In this document: positions 56,401-64,000 of the stretch, piece by piece | Layout: each line of letters begins with the position of its first letter | Numbering within the stretch: the first letter of the stretch is position 1 | Assembly (NCBI GenBank): GCA_002269645.1 | Contig: NIVC01000100.1 | Coordinates: forward strand, 186,001-250,000 | Direction of reading: 5' to 3' | DNA: 64,000 bases | From: Macrostomum lignano | Taxonomy: Eukaryota | The notes under the pieces: generated by a model | Seen by the model: only the letters and a program-made list of their open reading frames with translations | What the model was told of the DNA's origin: nothing | The model's database searches: none | Program-made: the position numbers and the translations under genes

Positions 56401-59400
56401 ATCAATGTCCAATAAAGGACCATAGCTACAGGACCCATCAATGTCCAATAAAGGACCATAGCTACAGGACCCATCAATGTCCAATAAAGGACCATAGCTA
56501 CAGGACCCATCAATGTCCAATAAAGGACCATAGCTACAGGACCCATCAATGTCCAATAAAGGACCATAGCTACAGGACCCATCAGTGTCCAATAAAGGAC
56601 CATAGCTACAGGACCCATCAATGTCCAATAAAGGACCATAGCTACAGGACCCATCAATGTCCAATAAAGGACCATAGCTACAGGACCCATCAGTGTCCAA
56701 TAAAGGACCATAGCTACAGGACCCATCAATGTCCAATAAAGGACCATAGCTACAGGACCCATCAATGTCCAATAAAGGACCATAGCTACAGGACCCATCA
56801 ATGTCCAATAAAGGACCATAGCTACAGGACCCATCAATGTCCAATAAAGGACCATAGCTACAGGACCCATCAATGCCAATAAAGGACCATAGCCAAGAGG
56901 ACCCATCAATGCCAATAAAGGACCATAGCCAGGACCCATCAATGTCCAATAAAGGACCATAGCTACAGGACCCATCAATGCCAATAAAGGACCATAGCCA
57001 AGAGACCCATCAATGCCAATAAAGGACCATAGCCAAGAGACCCATCAATGTCCAATAAAGGACCATAGCTACAGGACCCATCAATGTCCAATAAAGGACC
57101 ATAGCTACAGGACCCATCAGTGTCCAATAAAGGACCATAGCTACAGGACCCATCAGTGTCCAATAAAGGACCATAGCTACAGGACCCATCAGTGTCCAAT
57201 AAAGGACCATAGCTACAGGACCCATCAATGTCCAATAAAGGACCATAGCTACAGGACCCATCAATGTCCAATAAAGGACCATAGCTACAGGACCCATCAA
57301 TGTCCAATAAAGGACCATAGCTACAGGACCCATCAATGTCCAATAAAGGACCATAGCTACAGGACCCATCAATGTCCAATAAAGGACCATAGCTACAGGA
57401 CCCATCAATGTCCAATAAAGGACCATAGCTACAGGACCCATCAATGTCCAATAAAGGACCATAGCTACAGGACCCATCAATGCCAATAAAGGACCATAGC
57501 TACAGGACCCATCAATGCCAATAAAGGACCATAGCTACAGGACCCATCAATGTCCAATAAAGGACCATAGCTACAGGACCCATCAATGTCCAATAAAGGA
57601 CCATAGCTACAGGACCCATCAATGCCAATAAAGGACCATAGCTACAGAGACCCATCAATGCCAATAAAGGACCATAGCTACAGAGACCCATCAATGTCCA
57701 ATAAAGGACCATAGCTACAGGACCCATCATGTCCAATAAAGGACCATAGCTACAGGACCCATCAATGTCCAATAAAGGACCATAGCTACAGGACCCATCA
57801 ATGTCCAATAAAGGACCATAGCTACAGGACCCATCAATGTCCAATAAAGGACCATAGCTACAGGACCCATCAATGTCCAATAAAGGACCATAGCTACAGG
57901 ACCCATCAGTGTCCAATAAAGGACCATAGCTACAGGACCCATCAATGTCCAATAAAGGACCATAGCTACAGGACCCATCAATGTCCAATAAAGGACCATA
58001 GCTACAGGACCCATCAATGTCCAATAAAGGACCATAGCTACAGGACCCATCAATGCCCAATAAAGGACCATAGCCAGGACCCATCAATGCCAATAAAGGA
58101 CCATAGCCAAGAGGACCCATCAATGTCCAATAAAGGACCATAGCATCATGTCCAATAAAGGACCATAGCTACAGGACCCATCAATGTCCAATAAAGGACC
58201 ATAGCTACAGGACCCATCAATGTCCAATAAAGGACCATAGCTACAGGACCCATCAATGTCCAATAAAGGACCATAGCTACAGGACCCATCAATGTCCAAT
58301 AAAGGACCATAGCTACAGGACCCATCAATGCCAATAAAGGACCATAGCTACAGAGACCCATCAATGTCCAATAAAGGACCATAGCTACAGGACCCATCAA
58401 TGTCCAATAAAGGACCATAGCCAAGAGGACCCATCAATGTCCAATAAAGGACCATAGCTACAAGGACCCATCAATGTCCAATAAAGGACCATAGCTACAG
58501 GACCCATCAATGTCCAATAAAGGACCATAGCTACAGGACCCATCAATGTCCAATAAAGGACCATAGCTACAGGACCCATCAATGTCCAATAAAGGACCAT
58601 AGCTACAGGACCCATCAGTGTCCAATAAAGGACCATAGCTACAGGACCCATCAATGTCCAATAAAGGACCATAGCTACAGGACCCATCAATGTCCAATAA
58701 AGGACCATAGCTACAGGACCCATCAATGTCCAATAAAGGACCATAGCTACAGGACCCATCAATGTCCAATAAAGGACCATAGCTACAGGGACCCATCAAT
58801 GTCCAATAAAGGACCATAGCTACAGGACCCATCAATGCCAATAAAGGACCATAGCCAAGAGGACCCATCAATGCCAATAAAGGACCATAGCCAGGACCCA
58901 TCAATGTGCCAATAAAGGACCATAGCTACAGGACCCATCAATGTCCAATAAAGGACCATAGCTACAGGACCCATCAATGTCCAATAAAGGACCATAGCTA
59001 CAGGACCCATCAATGTCCAATAAAGGACCATAGCTACAGGACCCATCAATGTCCAATAAAGGACCATAGCTACAGGACCCATCAATGTCCAATAAAGGAC
59101 CATAGCTACAGGACCCATCAATGTCCAATAAAGGACCATAGCTACAGGACCCATCAATGTCCAATAAAGGACCATAGCTACAGGACCCATCAATGTCCAA
59201 TAAAGGACCATAGCTACAGGACCCATCAATGTCCAATAAAGGACCATAGCTACAGGACCCATCAGTGCCAATAAAGGACCATAGCTACAGGACCCATCAA
59301 TGCCAATAAAGGACCATAGCCAGAGACCCATCAATGCCAATAAAGGACCATAGCCAAGAGGACCCATCAATGCCAATAAAGGACCATAGCTACAGGACCC

Positions 59401-62400
59401 ATCAATGTCCAATAAAGGACCATAGCTACAGGACCCATCAATGTCCAATAAAGGACCATAGCTACAGGACCCATCAATGTCCAATAAAGGACCATAGCTA
59501 CAGGACCCATCAATGTCCAATAAAGGACCATAGCTACAGGACCCATCAATGCCAATAAAGGACCATAGCCAAGAGGACCCATCAATGCCAATAAAGGACC
59601 ATAGCTACAGGACCCATCAATGTCCAATAAAGGACCATAGCCAAGAGACCCATCAATGTCCAATAAAGGACCATAGCTACAGGACCCATCAATGTCCAAT
59701 AAAGGACCATAGCTACAGGACCCATCAATGTCCAATAAAGGACCATAGCTACAGGACCCATCAATGTCCAATAAAGGACCATAGCTACAGGACCCATCAA
59801 TGTCCAATAAAGGACCATAGCTACAGGACCCATCAATGTCCAATAAAGGACCATAGCTACAGGACCCATCAATGTCCAATAAAGGACCATAGCTACAGGA
59901 CCCATCAATGCCAATAAAGGACCATAGCCAAGAGGACCCATCAATGCCAATAAAGGACCATAGCCAAGAGGACCCATCAATGTCCAATAAAGGACCATAG
60001 CTACAGGACCCATCAATGTCCAATAAAGGACCATAGCTACAGGACCCATCAATGTCCAATAAAGGACCATAGCTACAGGACCCATCAATGTCCAATAAAG
60101 GACCATAGCTACAGGACCCATCAATGCCAATAAAGGACCATAGCTACAAGAGACCCATCAATGCCAATAAAGGACCATAGCCAGAGACCCATCAATGCCA
60201 ATAAAGGACCATAGCCAGGACCCATCAATGTCCAATAAAGGACCATAGCTACAGGACCCATCAATGTCCAATAAAGGACCATAGCTACAGGACCCATCAA
60301 TGTCCAATAAAGGACCATAGCTACAGGACCCATCAATGCCAATAAAGGACCATAGCTACAGGACCCATCAATGCCAATAAAGGACCATAGCCAAGAGGAC
60401 CCATCAATGTCCAATAAAGGACCATAGCCAAGAGGACCCATCAATGCCAATAAAGGACCATAGCCAAGAGGACCCATCAATGTCCAATAAAGGACCATAG
60501 CCAAGAGGACCCATCAATGCCAATAAAGGACCATAGCTACAGGACCCATCAATGTCCAATAAAGGACCATAGCTACAGGACCCATCAATGTCCAATAAAG
60601 GACCATAGCTACAGGACCCATCAATGTCCAATAAAGGACCATAGCTACAGGACCCATCAATGCCAATAAAGGACCATAGCTACAGGACCCATCAATGCCA
60701 ATAAAGGACCATAGCCAGAGGACCCATCAATGCCAATAAAGGACCATAGCTACAGGACCCATCAATGTCCAATAAAGGACCATAGCTACAGGACCCATCA
60801 ATGTCCAATAAAGGACCATAGCTACAGGACCCATCAATGTCCAATAAAGGACCATAGCTACAGGACCCATCAATGTCCAATAAAGGACCATAGCTACAGG
60901 ACCCATCAATGTCCAATAAAGGACCATAGCTACAGGACCCATCAATGTCCAATAAAGGACCATAGCTACAGGACCCATCAATGTCCAATAAAGGACCATA
61001 GCTACAGGACCCATCAATGTCCAATAAAGGACCATAGCTACAGGACCCATCAATGCCAATAAAGGACCATAGCTACAGGACCCATCAATGCCCAATAAAG
61101 GACCATAGCCAAGAGGACCCATCAATGCCAATAAAGGACCATAGCCAAGAGGACCCATCAATGTCCAATAAAGGACCATAGCTACAGGACCCATCAATGT
61201 CCAATAAAGGACCATAGCTACAGGACCCATCAATGTCCAATAAAGGACCATAGCTACAGGACCCATCAATGCCAATAAAGGACCATAGCTACAGGACCCA
61301 TCAATGCCAATAAAGGACCATAGCCAGAGGACCCATCAATGTCCAATAAAGGACCATAGCTACAGGACCCATCAATGTCCAATAAAGGACCATAGCTACA
61401 GGACCCATCAATGTCCAATAAAGGACCATAGCTACAGGACCCATCAATGTCCAATAAAGGACCATAGCTACAGGACCCATCAATGCCAATAAAGGACCAT
61501 AGCCAGAGGACCCATCAATGCCAATAAAGGACCATAGCCAAGAGGACCCATCAATGCCAATAAAGGACCATAGCTACAGGACCCATCAATGTCCAATAAA
61601 GGACCATAGCTACAGGACCCATCAATGTCCAATAAAGGACCATAGCTACAGGACCCATCAATGTCCAATAAAGGACCATAGCTACAGGACCCATCAATGC
61701 CAATAAAGGACCATAGCTACAGGACCCATCAATGCCAATAAAGGACCATAGCTACAGGACCCATCAATGCCAATAAAGGACCATAGCTACAGGACCCATC
61801 AATGTCCAATAAAGGACCATAGCTACAGGACCCATCAATGTCCAATAAAGGACCATAGCTACAGGACCCATCAATGCCAATAAAGGACCATAGCTACAGG
61901 ACCCATCAATGTCCAATAAAGGACCATAGCTACAGAGACCCATCAATGCCAATAAAGGACCATAGCCAGAGGACCCATCAATGCCAATAAAGGACCATAG
62001 CCAGAGACCCATCAATGTCCAATAAAGGACCATAGCTACAGGACCCATCAATGCCAATAAAGGACCATAGCTACAGGACCCATCAATGTCCAATAAAGGA
62101 CCATAGCTACAGGACCCATCAATGTCCAATAAAGGACCATAGCTACAGGACCCATCAATGTCCAATAAAGGACCATAGCTACAGGACCCATCAATGTCCA
62201 ATAAAGGACCATAGCTACAGGACCCATCAATGTCCAATAAAGGACCATAGCTACAGGACCCATCAATGTCCAATAAAGGACCATAGCTACAGGACCCATC
62301 AATGTCCAATAAAGGACCATAGCTACAGGACCCATCAATGTCCAATAAAGGACCATAGCTACAGGACCCATCAATGTCCAATAAAGGACCATAGCTACAG

Positions 62401-64000
62401 GACCCATCAATGTCCAATAAAGGACCATAGCTACAGGACCCATCAATGTCCAATAAAGGACCATAGCTACAGGACCCATCAATGTCCAATAAAGGACCAT
62501 AGCTACAGGACCCATCAATGCCAATAAAGGACCATAGCTACAGGACCCATCAATGCCAATAAAGGACCATAGCTACAGAGACCCATCAATGCCAATAAAG
62601 GACCATAGCTACAGGACCCATCAATGTCCAATAAAGGACCATAGCTACAGGACCCATCAATGTCCAATAAAGGACCATAGCTACAGGACCCATCAATGTC
62701 CAATAAAGGACCATAGCTACAGGACCCATCAATGCCAATAAAGGACCATAGCCAGGACCCATCAATGCCAATAAAGGACCATAGCCAAGAGGACCCATCA
62801 ATGCCCAATAAAGGACCATAGCCAAGAGGACCCATCAATGTCCAATAAAGGACCATAGCTACAGAGGACCCATCAATGTCCAATAAAGGACCATAGCCAA
62901 GGACCCATCAATGTCCAATAAAGGACCATAGCTACAGGACCCATCAATGCCAATAAAGGACCATAGCTACAAGAGGACCCATCAATGCCAATAAAGGACC
63001 ATAGCCAAGAGGACCCATCAATGCCAATAAAGGACCATAGCCAAGAGGACCCATCAATGTCCAATAAAGGACCATAGCCAAGAGGACCCATCAATGTCCA
63101 ATAAAGGACCATAGCTACAGGGACCCATCAATGTCCAATAAAGGACCATAGCTACAGAGACCCATCAATGTCCAATAAAGGACCATAGCTACAGGACCCA
63201 TCAATGTCCAATAAAGGACCATAGCTACAGGACCCATCAATGTCCAATAAAGGACCATAGCTACAAGGACCCATCAATGTCCAATAAAGGACCATAGCTA
63301 CAGGACCCATCAATGTCCAATAAAGGACCATAGCTACAGGACCCATCAATGTCCAATAAAGGACCATAGCTACAGGACCCATCAATGTCCAATAAAGGAC
63401 CATAGCTACAGGACCCATCAATGCCAATAAAGGACCATAGCTACAGAGACCCATCAATGCCAATAAAGGACCATAGCTACAGGACCCATCAATGTCCAAT
63501 AAAGGACCATAGCTACAGGACCCATCAATGTCCAATAAAGGACCATAGCTACAGGACCCATCAGTGCCAATAAAGGACCATAGCTACAGGACCCATCAAT
63601 GTCCAATAAAGGACCATAGCTACAGGACCCATCAATGCCAATAAAGGACCATAGCCAGGACCCATCAATGCCAATAAAGGACCATAGCCAGAGGACCCAT
63701 CAATGCCAATAAAGGACCATAGCCAGAGGACCCATCAATGCCAATAAAGGACCATAGCTACAGGACCCATCAATGCCAATAAAGGACCATAGCTACAGGA
63801 CCCATCAATGTCCAATAAAGGACCATAGCTACAGGACCCATCAGTGCCAATAAAGGACCATAGCTACAGGACCCATCAATGTCCAATAAAGGACCATAGC
63901 TACAGGACCCATCAATGTCCAATAAAGGACCATAGCTACAGGACCCATCAGTCCAATAAAGGACCATAGCTACAGGACCCATCAATGTCCAATAAAGGAC
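53500..64000. repeat. >=10.5-kb satellite array, 36-bp unit GGACCCATCAATGTCCAATAAAGGACCATAGCTACA (34-37 bp variants), inside a DOP1 intron
   Basis: Continuous repetition to the window end; 12-aa periodic spurious ORFs. Confidence 0.99.

Noticed and set aside
53499-63985. Dozens of ORFs (up to 266 aa) with PVAMVLYWTLMG / DIDGSCSYGPLL / PIKDHSYRTHQC repeats
   Set aside because: Translations of a 36-bp unit that is a multiple of 3; frames switch at every indel variant, and the array lies in an intron.
53500-64000. CRISPR-like regular repeats (also 46150-46978 and 19410-19955)
   Set aside because: No unique spacers, eukaryotic context, no cas genes.

Overview
Eukaryotic (metazoan) genomic DNA with GT-AG spliced genes. 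GC-rich exons combined with introns packed with private minisatellites resemble a free-living flatworm such as Macrostomum; this is an inference and not verified. I reconstructed four conserved genes exon by exon with consistent intron phases: the 5' part of COG3 (-, runs off the left edge), a complete MFSD2-like GPH/MFS transporter (+, 6 exons, ~589 aa), a complete GCN5/PCAF (KAT2) histone acetyltransferase (-, 9 exons, ~941 aa), and the 3' part of DOP1/Dopey (-, runs off the right edge through a >=10.5 kb 36-bp satellite intron). An accessory block at ~4.9-16.4 kb holds an internally deleted Ty3/Gypsy pol remnant, a membrane-anchor-less RING-CH gene, a frameshifted ALK/LTK-type glycine-rich fragment interleaved with an opposite-strand LamG-like fragment, a short SAM-like ORF, a tRNA-derived CORE-SINE with a 10-bp TSD, a divergent 2-exon TRP-like channel, and a candidate secreted prepropeptide gene with TATA/AP-1 motifs. 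More than 25 tandem-repeat tracts (16-73 bp units plus microsatellites) and several MITE-like elements, one nested, fill introns and intergenic space. Most long ORFs in the supplied track, especially 53.5-64 kb, are repeat artefacts. All homology calls come from motif recognition by eye; no database search was run.
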